Below, piece by piece: positions 26,231 through 36,753 of a stretch of 64,000 bases of DNA (position 1 is the first letter of the stretch; the number at the start of each line of letters is the position of its first letter). The stretch is from a virus (taxonomy: Duplodnaviria; Caudoviricetes). Location: the IMG/VR virus record IMGVR_UViG_3300024322_000001; one strand, written 5' to 3'. The notes beneath the pieces were generated by a model that ran no database searches, was not told the DNA's origin, and saw only the letters and a program-made list of their open reading frames with translations. The position numbers and the translations under genes were made by a program.

Positions 26231-26641
26231 TTATTGAAAAATATCGTACGCTACTCCTTCGAATACTGAATATGTTAATTTATGTTCAGTTCCTTCTGGG
26301 GTATAGTCCCCATAGAATCCGTCTTCATAGGATACTGGGAATTCTCTGTCTGATTCTTCAGATTTATAATCAGCTACTGTTGATAGTCTGTGTTTCTCTA
26401 ATCGCTTAGCTACTACTGCTGCTGGTTCAGGTTCTCCGATATCTACTTGTCCTCCTCCGAGGCCTGCTGTTCCACCGTCCATTTCAGCTACTATAACATC
26501 TTTAGTTATATCGACACCAAATTTTCGAAAAGCTTGCTCAACAGAGTAATCTGCATCTTCCACTACTTCTTCGTTTAATTGTCTACTGTTAGTAGTTAAG
26601 TTGTTTTCTGTTAAGAACTTTCTTAGGTTAAAATTGTTCAT
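26231..26641 (-). CDS. MNNF-leader protein (putative capsid-internal cargo)
   Basis: MNNFNLRKFLTENNLTTNSRQLNE leader shared with four genes at 35112-37443. Confidence 0.65.
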   Translation of the reverse strand: MNNFNLRKFLTENNLTTNSRQLNEEVVEDADYSVEQAFRKFGVDITKDVIVAEMDGGTAGLGGGQVDIGEPEPAAVVAKRLEKHRLSTVADYKSEESDREFPVSYEDGFYGDYTPEGTEHKLTYSVFEGVAYDIFQ

Positions 26642-26658
26642 TGTGTTTGATTATTAAA

Positions 26659-28968
26659 TTATAATGCTCCGTTGATTGTAGGTGCTGAAAATACTGTTTG
26701 TTTTTCTTCTTCTCCTAAAGGCCTTTCGCCTGAGTTATGAGCATCGATATCTGCTTGAGATATTACTCTAACTTTAGGTTGATCTAATCCTTTAGTAAAC
26801 CCTCCTTTAACAGCAGGTCTTAAATCTTTATTGAATGCTTGTTCAATTGCGGGTGCTAGAAAGCCTCCTACTTTTAAACCTTCTTCATTTCTTATATCTC
26901 CTAGAGTGTTGTATACCTTTTGTATCTTACTTCTAGTTTTATCGTAATAAGATTCAATATCAGTTACAATATCCTGTAGAGCTATAATAGCTTGTTTCAT
27001 TCCTTCGTAGCCTCCGTATGTATCAGAGAATTCTGCTAATGCATTAGTTGCAGCTTCATTTATTACTCCTTCTTCTAATACTTTAAATATAATAGCTTTA
27101 ATATTCTCTTTAACAGCTTCATCTTTACCCATCGCTTTTTTGATAGCTTTGTCTTTAGCTGCCATATAATCATCTTTATCTACATCTCCATCTCCGTCAT
27201 GATCTTTACCTTTAGCTTCTTCTAGGTTCTCAACCATAAATTGAGTTTCTAAATATTCTAATACGTCTTTTTTAGCAAACTCTATCATTCCAGGTTCTGT
27301 CATTGGGCCCATTTTCCATTCTTCCCAAGCTTTAATTAACATATTAACACCTTTGTCAAATAAAGGTCCCATGCTCTCTACATACCCTCCAGTTTCGTAA
27401 TCGTTTTCAGTAACTACTTTACCTCCTTGAGATTTTCTGCGTCTACCTTCGTTTACTCCATTGTCGTCATCCCAAGGACCTTTCATAATATCAACACCAA
27501 TGTTGTAATGATCTCCTATGGCGTACATTACCTCTTCAGCTTCTTCTCTTTCTGAAGTATCGTTTTCTTCAGCTCTGTCTTGAATAAGAGCAATAAACTC
27601 CTGTAGGCTACCTACTCTTTCGTTGATTACTTCTTCAACATCTGCTAAACCTTCATCATCGTCTAAATCTGCTGTCATATCAGTATTAACTGGATCTGAA
27701 CCTTCAAGTTGTTTTCTAACTTTAGAAACACCTTCGTTGAAACTACTTAAAGTCTTTTTAATAGCCGCTCTGAATTTCTTTAAGTTATCTAATACTTCTG
27801 CTTTATTACCTTCTTTAGCAGCATCGATTGCATAAGATAGATGACTACCTTCTGTGTGGTAATTAACATCTTCGAATGAATCAAATAATGCTTGCATTTT
27901 ATCTATCGGTGTGTTTAATCTAACTTTTAATCCTGCTTTGAGCATTCCTTCGTAATCAAAATCACTAGAAAACATTTGACCAAGCTTGTATAACTTGTCA
28001 ATTGATTTCATATCTGTATCTTTACCGTATTTAGCAATTCTAGCCATTTCATCATCAGACATAGCTTCTTTAACAAACTTAGCTTTAGCAGCATCAAAAT
28101 CTCCTTTATGGAGACTATCAACTACTTTTCTACCTAAAGTTTCTAATTGATCTGCATCTAGTGAATGAGGCTTATTAAATCCTTTTAAGTACCCTTGGCC
28201 TATTGCTCCATAATCTGCTGGGTCAATAACATCTTCTGCAGACTTAGCAACTTTTTCTTGCATATAATCAGCTCCTGATTCGTAATTTACTGATAAAAAC
28301 TCTTGAAAGTTATCCATTACGGCTTGCATGCCTTCATCAGAACCATCTGCTTGTTCTTCCCATTCTGGGTGAGTTTTATAAAAGTCGTTAATGATTTCAT
28401 CATCAATTAAACTCTTACCGGTTTTAGGATTAGCATAATATTTTTTAATATAATCAGCTACTGAATCTGCTTGATCATATTCGTTTACTGGTTTAGTATG
28501 ATTTTCTTTTAAATCAGCTTTCTTAAGTCCATTATGAACATCTACTTCATTACCTTTTTTAGGCTCAACCATTTGGTCGTGTTTATCTACCTTAGAAGAT
28601 TCTCCTGCTATTAAGTTAATATAGTGATTAGCATCTTTCTGTAAATTAGCAATTACTTTAATTCTAGCTTTCATGTAATCTTCTTTAGATACATTCCCAG
28701 TAGAGTCTATACCCTGTGCTTCCAGTTCTGCATCAATTCCTCTTTCAACTACATTTATAGGAAATTGATCTGCTAATACATCAATATCTTTCTTAACTTC
28801 TTTCTTTTCAAAAATAAGACTCTTTTGTTTAAGAATAGATACGGAATCTTTATACCCGTTCCATTGAGTGATGAATTGCGGATATGCTTGTCTCATTTGA
28901 CGGACAAATTCTGCTTCTTGAAGTTTACCTTCTAATACCGCATGATATTTTTGTGTTGCTGTTTTCAT
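26659..28968 (-). CDS. Large modular prohead core/internal protein with many [ILVM]xE sites
   Basis: LKE, VNE, MQE, VKE, FNE, INE, VTE, LEE junctions; DHDGDGDVDKDD calcium-binding-type motif. Confidence 0.6.
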   Translation of the reverse strand: MKTATQKYHAVLEGKLQEAEFVRQMRQAYPQFITQWNGYKDSVSILKQKSLIFEKKEVKKDIDVLADQFPINVVERGIDAELEAQGIDSTGNVSKEDYMKARIKVIANLQKDANHYINLIAGESSKVDKHDQMVEPKKGNEVDVHNGLKKADLKENHTKPVNEYDQADSVADYIKKYYANPKTGKSLIDDEIINDFYKTHPEWEEQADGSDEGMQAVMDNFQEFLSVNYESGADYMQEKVAKSAEDVIDPADYGAIGQGYLKGFNKPHSLDADQLETLGRKVVDSLHKGDFDAAKAKFVKEAMSDDEMARIAKYGKDTDMKSIDKLYKLGQMFSSDFDYEGMLKAGLKVRLNTPIDKMQALFDSFEDVNYHTEGSHLSYAIDAAKEGNKAEVLDNLKKFRAAIKKTLSSFNEGVSKVRKQLEGSDPVNTDMTADLDDDEGLADVEEVINERVGSLQEFIALIQDRAEENDTSEREEAEEVMYAIGDHYNIGVDIMKGPWDDDNGVNEGRRRKSQGGKVVTENDYETGGYVESMGPLFDKGVNMLIKAWEEWKMGPMTEPGMIEFAKKDVLEYLETQFMVENLEEAKGKDHDGDGDVDKDDYMAAKDKAIKKAMGKDEAVKENIKAIIFKVLEEGVINEAATNALAEFSDTYGGYEGMKQAIIALQDIVTDIESYYDKTRSKIQKVYNTLGDIRNEEGLKVGGFLAPAIEQAFNKDLRPAVKGGFTKGLDQPKVRVISQADIDAHNSGERPLGEEEKQTVFSAPTINGAL

Positions 28969-29195
28969 AAGTAGTCAACTAATTTAGTATTTGATGGTCG
29001 TTTAGGACGACTAACCTTTTTATATCCTAACTTCTTTAATGCATTTTTAGCTCTATTACCTTTACCAAAAGCAAAGGGTGTAGCATAATTCATTCCCTGT
29101 CCAGGAGTAAATGTAGCTGACCCTCCGGTAACGTTAGCTTCGTCTAACTCAGTCATTACTTCTTTAACTAATGATGTAAGCTCTGATCTTTTCAT
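28965..29195 (-). CDS. Small head-associated protein
   Basis: MKRSELTSLVKEVMTELDE leader, then NYATPFAF and a basic tail; lies between portal and protease. Confidence 0.55.
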   Translation of the reverse strand: MKRSELTSLVKEVMTELDEANVTGGSATFTPGQGMNYATPFAFGKGNRAKNALKKLGYKKVSRPKRPSNTKLVDYL

Positions 29196-30049
29196 TACAG
29201 AGTTTTTAATTCATTAACTAAATCGTAAAATTGCATTAAATTAACCAAGTGGGTGTCGCCAATTTTTTCAGTCTTTTTTACAGGATTGATTGCTTTGGCT
29301 ACTTCCTCTAATTTTATTTTTATTACTTCATCTGTTACTTTAGATGAAAGCTCATTTACCTGAATTCTCAATTTAGTCAATTCTTCATTAACTATAGTGT
29401 GTAAACGTTTTTTTGAATTAACTGAGGTGATAAATTCTTTAAGTATGTTTTTCTGTTCTGGCAGTAAATCTTTATATGTACTGTTAAACTTCTCTAATAA
29501 AATTTTAAACGTTAGTAGTTTAAGATCTTTATCATATTTAGAATACTCTTCGATTAACGTATCTTTAACGTCATTTGTATCTTGAGTTTTATCTGTTAGG
29601 TGTTCTAAAATAGTAACTTTATTGTCTACTAAGTACTTAGGGTCAACTAGCTCTTCATTATTTTGAGCCTCTAATAAACAGTACATAGCAGCTAGTGCTT
29701 TGTAGTCTCTAACTTGGATACTAAAAAACTCATCTACATCATAGTGTTTTTTAATTTCTGATATTAGTTTGTATTTTTGACTTTTGAGAGCATCTTGATT
29801 TAGTTTTCTAGATACTTCAGTAATAGTTGAAACTATTGCTTCTGCTCTTCTCTGTGTTACTCCTTTAGACTTTGTTACTAAGTCGTATAGTTTATATTCT
29901 TTTGCAAGCGAAGTTTTACTTGCATAGAATTCTTTGAGAATACCGACAGCCGGCGATTCTGCTCCAGAGAGAGTATCAGCCGCAATCTGCTTAACTAACA
30001 ATTCAAATATTAGTCCAGTATTTCTATACTTAGAATGCTTTATTTTCAT
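29195..30049 (-). CDS. Prohead core-associated protein (hypothetical)
   Basis: Helical protein directly after portal; own TATTTATA at 30067..30074. Confidence 0.55.
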   Translation of the reverse strand: MKIKHSKYRNTGLIFELLVKQIAADTLSGAESPAVGILKEFYASKTSLAKEYKLYDLVTKSKGVTQRRAEAIVSTITEVSRKLNQDALKSQKYKLISEIKKHYDVDEFFSIQVRDYKALAAMYCLLEAQNNEELVDPKYLVDNKVTILEHLTDKTQDTNDVKDTLIEEYSKYDKDLKLLTFKILLEKFNSTYKDLLPEQKNILKEFITSVNSKKRLHTIVNEELTKLRIQVNELSSKVTDEVIKIKLEEVAKAINPVKKTEKIGDTHLVNLMQFYDLVNELKTL

Positions 30050-30078
30050 CTTATACGTTTACTATATATAAATATGCA

Positions 30079-31968
30079 CTACTTACCTAAATCCTTTATT
30101 TGATCTTCGTTTAATAGTCCCTCGTTGTCCTCACTCGTATCTTTAGTAAAAACAATTTTCTTTAAAAGATCTTCGTTTTTAGCTAAAATAGTCTTTGCTA
30201 CTGTGTTTTCATTGACATTATCGGCATCGCTAGGAAAACCACCTTTCATACCATGTTGACCTAAAGGATCACGTCCTCCTAGTCCTGCTGTAGTACCGTA
30301 TACAGAAGCTTTTTCTTTTGGTCTTCCGCCTTCTGGGCCTGGCTGTCCCCATTCGCTATACCCTGCTGGTAGATTAGCTTGTTCTCCACCTTTTGGTGTA
30401 GCTGTTGCTCTTCTACCGTACATAGAGGCTAAGTCGTGTGGTGTACCGTAAGTTACTCCAGATGAAGCTGGGTCGTTACCTTCTGCTTCTATCTGTGCTC
30501 TTCTAAATTTACGTTTTTCATCTTCTACCATTAGATCTCTCATTTCCATATAAGCATCTTCTGATAAGTCAAATATATTTTCGTAAATATAATCTGTAGA
30601 GAATAATTTAGAATCCTTCATTTGAGTAGCTAAATCTACTTTTTCTTTAAGTAGTGCAACTTTCTCTTGTTCAAATATAATAGAAGGAGTAGTTAACTTG
30701 ATTTCAAAGTTAGTAAGTGATTCACCTGAGAATCCTTGAGTGTATAAGTGAACTAGAGCTATCTTAGTAAGCTCTGATTCCATGATTCTTTGAATACGTT
30801 CTACTGTTCTTGCAAATCTAATATCTTCTGCAGCTAAAGTAGCTTTACCACTTAAGTCACCTTCGTAGCCAAAGTATGCTTTAGGTATCTTTAATGCTGC
30901 AAATAACTTAGATTGTAAGTATTGAACGTCATTAGTACCATCGTAATCTAATCCTTTGGTAGTTTCTATTTTAGTAGCTGTATCTCCTCCTCGTACAGGT
31001 AGATAGAAATCTTCCATCATATTCTGCATATTGAACTTCAAGTTATATTGACCTGTTTCTGGATCAACATAAGGAGTTTTCTTCATTCCATTGATAGTCT
31101 TTTGCATAAACTGCTCAACTTCATTTGGAGGAATAGAACCTACATTAATATAAAACATTCTCTTTTCTGGTGCTCTCATGATTCTATGAATCAACATTGC
31201 ATCTTCCATTAAAGAGGTTTGTTTAAATATTTTTCTAGCTGGCTCTAAATAAGATCTACCGTAAGGTAGGTAATGAGTATCAGATATTAATCTGAAGTGA
31301 GCCATTTCGTAATTATCAATCGTAATATTATTATTACGTTTTCTTCCTCCAGGCATATAGTTAGAATCAGTAGATGCTGCTATACCGTCAGGATCTAATT
31401 CAAATTCTACTTTTTGAGGATTTTCAGGATCGTTACCTTCATGTCTAGCGATGTGGTAAACTGTATAGGGTAAGACGTTATAAACACCGTACTTCTCTGC
31501 TATCTCTAGCTTTAAGAAAAAGTCTCCGTATTTAACCATATTTCTAGTCCAAGACCAGAGGTTAAACTCAATATTTAAAACGTCATAAAATAAGTTGTAA
31601 AGTACTCTTTGAATATTTTCATCAGAAGATTTAATTCCTAGTACTTCATTTTGATCATTCTTTACTGTTGCTTCATCTGCTATAATATCGAGTGCAGAAG
31701 CTATAATTGGATCAGTATCCATTGCCTCGTAATCAGAATATAATTGAATACGTAGAGTCTGATAATTAAGGTTTGGATTAAATATGTTTGCTTTGTTGTA
31801 AGTATATAAACGAGTAAACCTATCCATTAAAGAATTGGTTTGATACTTACCTGTCGTCTGTATATTATTTGTGTCTACAACTTTTAGTTGTGTTCCACCC
31901 ACATTACGTATTACTACGTCGGTAGAAAAAAGTCTTTGTAAACGTCCAAATAGCGATTTATCTGCCAT
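30079..31968 (-). CDS. gp20: Portal protein (T4 gp20-like)
   Basis: MEDAMLIHRIMRAPEKRMFYINVG, MMEDFYLPVRG, LFAALKIP, EDIRF. Confidence 0.93.
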   Translation of the reverse strand: MADKSLFGRLQRLFSTDVVIRNVGGTQLKVVDTNNIQTTGKYQTNSLMDRFTRLYTYNKANIFNPNLNYQTLRIQLYSDYEAMDTDPIIASALDIIADEATVKNDQNEVLGIKSSDENIQRVLYNLFYDVLNIEFNLWSWTRNMVKYGDFFLKLEIAEKYGVYNVLPYTVYHIARHEGNDPENPQKVEFELDPDGIAASTDSNYMPGGRKRNNNITIDNYEMAHFRLISDTHYLPYGRSYLEPARKIFKQTSLMEDAMLIHRIMRAPEKRMFYINVGSIPPNEVEQFMQKTINGMKKTPYVDPETGQYNLKFNMQNMMEDFYLPVRGGDTATKIETTKGLDYDGTNDVQYLQSKLFAALKIPKAYFGYEGDLSGKATLAAEDIRFARTVERIQRIMESELTKIALVHLYTQGFSGESLTNFEIKLTTPSIIFEQEKVALLKEKVDLATQMKDSKLFSTDYIYENIFDLSEDAYMEMRDLMVEDEKRKFRRAQIEAEGNDPASSGVTYGTPHDLASMYGRRATATPKGGEQANLPAGYSEWGQPGPEGGRPKEKASVYGTTAGLGGRDPLGQHGMKGGFPSDADNVNENTVAKTILAKNEDLLKKIVFTKDTSEDNEGLLNEDQIKDLGK

Positions 31969-31993
31969 TAATGTGTATTTTTATATAAATAGT

Positions 31994-33568
31994 CTATTTT
32001 AATAACCACGAAATATCTTCTGTGGTTCGTCCATTATCTATAATATAAGGATTATTTTGCGGACTTCCAACTGATTTTATTATAGCTTTATTCTTAGCAT
32101 TTAGATTAGTAAATGAAGATAATTGAGCTCTAGCTAGGTCCATCCCTTGTTGTCTTAATCTTAATGCAGTATCTCTAACATATAGAGCAGTTGCTGCAGA
32201 GATAAGTAAATCATCATTATAATTAGTTTGTGCTTGAGGTTTTCCGTTTTTCCATACAAATACTCTCATCTCTCCTAAAAGCCTTTTAGACTGTATAGTA
32301 ACGCCTCTTTCTCTAATATACTCAATCATCTTAGCAATTACTAAAGGTCTTGTTCTTACGGACATAGTAAAGCCTGGGACTAATTTATCTCTTTCATACT
32401 TGCTCATATAAGACTCTACAGTTTCCATTTGAGATGTAGAACTATAGTATAAATTACTATATTGACGTTCCATCACCTGTTCTATTGTAGCCCATCCTAT
32501 ATTTGCGTTTTCTATTACTAACAATGCTTGATTGTATTCTGTCGCTATTCCTACTAAGACATTTCCGTAATCCTTAGGAGATAATTTACCTTTATATTCT
32601 GCTACTTGAGTACAAGTTTCTACGTCAAATACGTGAAATGCAGAATAATCCGCAGAGTCTCCTCTAGCAACATCTGCTACTACCATATATGATTTTGTGT
32701 AGTCAACTCCTTCCCATATCCATAAATTACCATCTACACCTCTTCTCTCTAAAGGATCTTTTAAGTATGTTTGTTCATAAAACATCATGTCGTCTGGTTC
32801 AAATACTGTATCACCAGAAGCTAAGAAATCGCAATCACATTCCTGTCCTGCCATTCTAGGACCTAAATCTGAGTCTTGTTTTTCTCGCCATTCTTGGTCC
32901 CTTTCAGGATGTACTGTCCATGGTAATCTTATAGGTAAAAATGAATTCTCACCACTTTCTGCTTTATCCCAAGTCTGATGAAACCAGTTACCAATTCCGT
33001 TAGGAGTTGATAATGCCATACACTGTCCACCTGTTGCTAAGGTTTGTTGTGCTGCTGTAAACGTTTCTTGAATGTTATCAATAAAGGCTGCTTCATCGAT
33101 AAGCAGTAGTGATACTGCCTCTGACCTTGCGGCATCGGCGTTAGAAGATTTAGCTGTAATTTTCGATCCATTCTTTAGTCTAAGTGATAATTTATTTTTC
33201 TCTACTGCTGGTAATCTTAACCATTTAGGTAGTTGATCATACATAAACATAGTCTTAGATACTAAGTTTCTTGCAGTAGCTTGAGTTGTTGCTAGAGCAA
33301 GTACGTTCTTATCCTTATGAAACAACATAAGCCACAGAGAGTAACCTGCAGCTAAAGTGGATATACCTAACTGTCTTGACTTGAGAGTAATTAGATATTG
33401 ATGATCTCTAAATAAATGTAATACTTTATCCTGAAATGGATATAAATTAAATAATATACGTCCTCTTGTAGGATGCTGTATATAGCAATACTTCCTCATG
33501 AAGTAGGCCGGATCTTTAGCACACTTAAAGTACTCTTGTGCTATTATTTTTTTTATATCTTTTGCCAT
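31994..33568 (-). CDS. gp17: Terminase large subunit (T4 gp17-like)
   Basis: KSRQLGIST, LLIDEAAF, STPNG, ADVARG...DYSA, NDDL. Confidence 0.95.
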   Translation of the reverse strand: MAKDIKKIIAQEYFKCAKDPAYFMRKYCYIQHPTRGRILFNLYPFQDKVLHLFRDHQYLITLKSRQLGISTLAAGYSLWLMLFHKDKNVLALATTQATARNLVSKTMFMYDQLPKWLRLPAVEKNKLSLRLKNGSKITAKSSNADAARSEAVSLLLIDEAAFIDNIQETFTAAQQTLATGGQCMALSTPNGIGNWFHQTWDKAESGENSFLPIRLPWTVHPERDQEWREKQDSDLGPRMAGQECDCDFLASGDTVFEPDDMMFYEQTYLKDPLERRGVDGNLWIWEGVDYTKSYMVVADVARGDSADYSAFHVFDVETCTQVAEYKGKLSPKDYGNVLVGIATEYNQALLVIENANIGWATIEQVMERQYSNLYYSSTSQMETVESYMSKYERDKLVPGFTMSVRTRPLVIAKMIEYIRERGVTIQSKRLLGEMRVFVWKNGKPQAQTNYNDDLLISAATALYVRDTALRLRQQGMDLARAQLSSFTNLNAKNKAIIKSVGSPQNNPYIIDNGRTTEDISWLLK

Positions 33569-33575
33569 AACTATC

Positions 33576-35099
33576 CTATATTGGATTTATTTTTTCTATT
33601 TCTAAAGTGCCTTGAGTATTACCATTGTTCCTTGCACTTATCTGGACGAAGTGTGGTTTACCTCGTTTTAGTATGTGAAATAATATTCTTACTCCTCCGT
33701 AACTATCTGTATCTAATATCTTAATATCTTTATAATCCCCTTCTTTATTGTAGAGAACTATATTAGTACCTTGAGGGTATGATTCTACTGTAGCATTAGT
33801 TCCTGATGAGTTACCAATTATTTTAAAAAAACCAGGGTTAACATCAGTTAAAGACATTGCAAAGCCTGCTAATGCAACTACTGCGTCAGCTATTTTACCC
33901 GGTGGAAACTTCTTAAATAGGAATTCAATAGCTTTCAAAGCCGCATATTTTCCTCTAAGTTGATCTATATCAAAATCTTCTAAACTTATACTTTCTAAGC
34001 TGTACGACACATTATCTGCAGATCCAACTAAAGAGCTTATTTTACTCCTTAATGGTACGATTGCTTCTTTAAACTGATCTACATCGTACCCTTTTTCATC
34101 ATTAGTTAAATTATAATCTGATCTAACTTTAGAGTATTTAGCAAGAAGACCTTTTGCTTTTCCACCTTGTGCTTTTTGCTGTTTTAAAGAAACTGCTACT
34201 AAAGAAGCTTCTTCACCTGCTACGTTTGTAGTACCTCCCCATTCTTGCACAAAGAAATTATTAATTATTTCAATATTGTCTGCAGAATTAATATCGGGTA
34301 TACCTTTTAATTGTACGTATAAATCTCCGGGGCACCATTTGTCTTTATCATATCCGGTAAGTTGTTTGGCCTTACTTCTTATCTCATCAAATTTTCCTGA
34401 ACGTATAAGTTTAGCTTTAGGGTATTTTTCCTTAATAGCAAGAGCACTAGATAGAGGTTGGTTAACAAAGTTTACATGCGAGTTTTTAGGTTCAAGCGCT
34501 GATAAGTATGAAACAATTTTTTTGGTGCTAGTTGAATCTTCTCCAGGAATTTCTGCTGGCATTGTACTTATTAAACGTTCTGCTCTTTCTGAAATGTTTT
34601 CTACTGTAAATGGTGAAGTAATATCACTAACATAGAATAAAGAAACTAAACCTTCTTTTACATCTGTATCTGCACTATCTTCTGCTGCTGTTCCTTTTAC
34701 TATAATCGAATAATCATTTCCCCTAAACGTGAGTAATGATTGTCCTACTGAAGAACTCGATGATCTGGCTTTAGTGTAAGAGGTTATGTCTTCTTCTTGG
34801 TTAGCTAGTTTTTCTAATTCTGTAAATACCTCTCCTCTAAGTGTGCTTGAACTTGCTCCTCTAGATGGAATTTCAGAAAATTTTAAAACAATCTTAGATG
34901 TACCTGCAGTAGCTTCTATATCACCGTATCTGTTTATTTTACTCTTAATAAGGTTTACTAGATCTTTATTTTCATTTAATAAAGGAATAAAACCAAACAT
35001 AGATTCAAACAAAGCCATATCCTCTTGACTATTAATGTCAGGATATCCTTTTTTGGTCTTATATGACCATTCTAATATGACTCTATCGATAAGATTCAT
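33576..35099 (-). CDS. Putative PD-(D/E)XK nuclease-like protein with xILE leader
   Basis: DKWCPGDLY...VAVSLKQ resembles a PD...(S/E)xK catalytic core; N-terminal RVILE and PLLNE sites. Confidence 0.45.
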   Translation of the reverse strand: MNLIDRVILEWSYKTKKGYPDINSQEDMALFESMFGFIPLLNENKDLVNLIKSKINRYGDIEATAGTSKIVLKFSEIPSRGASSSTLRGEVFTELEKLANQEEDITSYTKARSSSSSVGQSLLTFRGNDYSIIVKGTAAEDSADTDVKEGLVSLFYVSDITSPFTVENISERAERLISTMPAEIPGEDSTSTKKIVSYLSALEPKNSHVNFVNQPLSSALAIKEKYPKAKLIRSGKFDEIRSKAKQLTGYDKDKWCPGDLYVQLKGIPDINSADNIEIINNFFVQEWGGTTNVAGEEASLVAVSLKQQKAQGGKAKGLLAKYSKVRSDYNLTNDEKGYDVDQFKEAIVPLRSKISSLVGSADNVSYSLESISLEDFDIDQLRGKYAALKAIEFLFKKFPPGKIADAVVALAGFAMSLTDVNPGFFKIIGNSSGTNATVESYPQGTNIVLYNKEGDYKDIKILDTDSYGGVRILFHILKRGKPHFVQISARNNGNTQGTLEIEKINPI

Positions 35100-35111
35100 T
35101 ATATTTACTTT

Positions 35112-36110
35112 TTAATGATCGTCTTCGTCTTCGTCTTCATCATCACTATAAAATTGGTCATAATCAGTTCCAAAACTCATAGCAAGATCTTGCATAAGCC
35201 AATTAGGTACCTCATCACCTTCGAATTTACCTCCTTTAGCATAAGATCTTAAATCATTTTGAAAAGATTCAACTGTATCATAATACTGTTCTATACTTTC
35301 ATACTCGTGTCCCTGTTCATCAGCAAGACCTAATAATTCTTGGGTAGCAGTAAGGTACTTATTATAATTAGGATCAAGTACATAATGTTCAAAGCTTTTA
35401 TCATTTTCAAAATCATATCCACTTACATAAAAAGCACCTTCTTGTGGTTTATCGCCTAATACTTTATATCCCTTACCGTGTGAAGGGCTAGAGGGATCAA
35501 ACCATTGTTCTTCTTCAAATAAGAGGCCTTCAGCTAAATAAGCTTTTTTCAATTGATGTTGCATAGCTTCTCTTTCTTCCCTGTCATACTGAAATGAATT
35601 GGGGATTATATGATCAAAATCGTATGCATTTTTTATTTTTCCAAATTGTCTAACGTAGCGTTCTAAATCTTCTTGTGTATCAGTAACACCGTAAGGGTTA
35701 AGGTAAACATCTACAAATTTATCAAAAGCTTTTTTTTGACCTTTATCTAACCCACTTAAATCAACATTAGATAAATCATGTCTTTTTCTTGGTGCTGATG
35801 GGTTACTGTCTCCAGCCATTTCATCGTTATAGTAATCAACTGCCATATCTACGATATCACCAGAAGGTACATCTTCTTCTTTTTCATCAGAGTAATATTC
35901 TACAGAACTATCTATGATTGCTTTTAAATCTTTATCAGAAATATCTGGTAATTGTCTTTTAATACCTGCTTCTACTTCTGCTTTATAAGCAGGATCATAG
36001 ATGGCATCATTAACCTCATCAAAATCGTAAGTTAATTCTTCTTTTAATAGCTTACTATTAGAAGTAAGTTTATTTTCTTTTAAAAATTTTCTTAGGTTAA
36101 AGTTATTCAT
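35112..36110 (-). CDS. MNNF-leader cassette gene 4 (acidic, probably multi-domain)
   Basis: MNNFNLRKFLKENKLTSNSKLLKE; internal YLAEGLLFEE site. Confidence 0.7.
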   Translation of the reverse strand: MNNFNLRKFLKENKLTSNSKLLKEELTYDFDEVNDAIYDPAYKAEVEAGIKRQLPDISDKDLKAIIDSSVEYYSDEKEEDVPSGDIVDMAVDYYNDEMAGDSNPSAPRKRHDLSNVDLSGLDKGQKKAFDKFVDVYLNPYGVTDTQEDLERYVRQFGKIKNAYDFDHIIPNSFQYDREEREAMQHQLKKAYLAEGLLFEEEQWFDPSSPSHGKGYKVLGDKPQEGAFYVSGYDFENDKSFEHYVLDPNYNKYLTATQELLGLADEQGHEYESIEQYYDTVESFQNDLRSYAKGGKFEGDEVPNWLMQDLAMSFGTDYDQFYSDDEDEDEDDH

Positions 36111-36129
36111 TGTATTTGCTTTAAATCTT

Positions 36130-36426
36130 TTAATATTCTACTTCTTTTCCTTCAGCGTTAAATTTATATATAACTGCATTATCTCCATCTCTCATTTCGA
36201 TAGCTACTACTTCATCCTCTTCTCTCTCATTTTCTGGGACTGGTGTGATAGTATCTATTCTCATACCGTCGTAGTTGGTGTATTCTCCTACTGTATATAC
36301 CTCTCCGGTTGGAAAAGTAACAGAATTAATAATTTCTTTTTTAGTAAATTTTACTTCACTTAAAAGTTTAGTAGAGTTAGTATCTCTATTTTCTATTAAA
36401 AATTTTCTTAAATCAAAGTTATTCAT
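36130..36426 (-). CDS. MNNF-leader cassette gene 3
   Basis: MNNFDLRKFLIENRDTNSTKLLSE. Confidence 0.7.
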   Translation of the reverse strand: MNNFDLRKFLIENRDTNSTKLLSEVKFTKKEIINSVTFPTGEVYTVGEYTNYDGMRIDTITPVPENEREEDEVVAIEMRDGDNAVIYKFNAEGKEVEY

Positions 36427-36462
36427 TGTATTTGTTTTTATATATTTAGACTACTAATTATC

Positions 36463-36726
36463 TTAATCCTCAGGACCTTCGATCTTATCTCCTTTTCTAA
36501 CTACAAGCCAATCTTTAATTCTATCATGGTACTTATCATCTACATCATCCAATGCAACTAATTTACCGTGTTTATCAGAATAGTATAGATCTGCAGGGGC
36601 AATTTCGCCAGGGAAATAAAGTGTTATTCCTGGGGTTTCATTAAGTTCATCTTCATTTTCTACTGCTCTACTATTAGAGGTAAGTTTATTTTCAGTTAAA
36701 AATTTTCTTAAATCAAAGTTATTCAT
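36463..36726 (-). CDS. MNNF-leader cassette gene 2
   Basis: MNNFDLRKFLTENKLTSNS...ELNE. Confidence 0.7.
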   Translation of the reverse strand: MNNFDLRKFLTENKLTSNSRAVENEDELNETPGITLYFPGEIAPADLYYSDKHGKLVALDDVDDKYHDRIKDWLVVRKGDKIEGPED

Positions 36727-36753
36727 TTTATTTATTTTTATTTGATGTTTATA

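Noticed and set aside
22352-33568. Introns or inteins in capsid, portal or terminase
   Set aside because: All are uninterrupted, of normal length and lack intein motifs.
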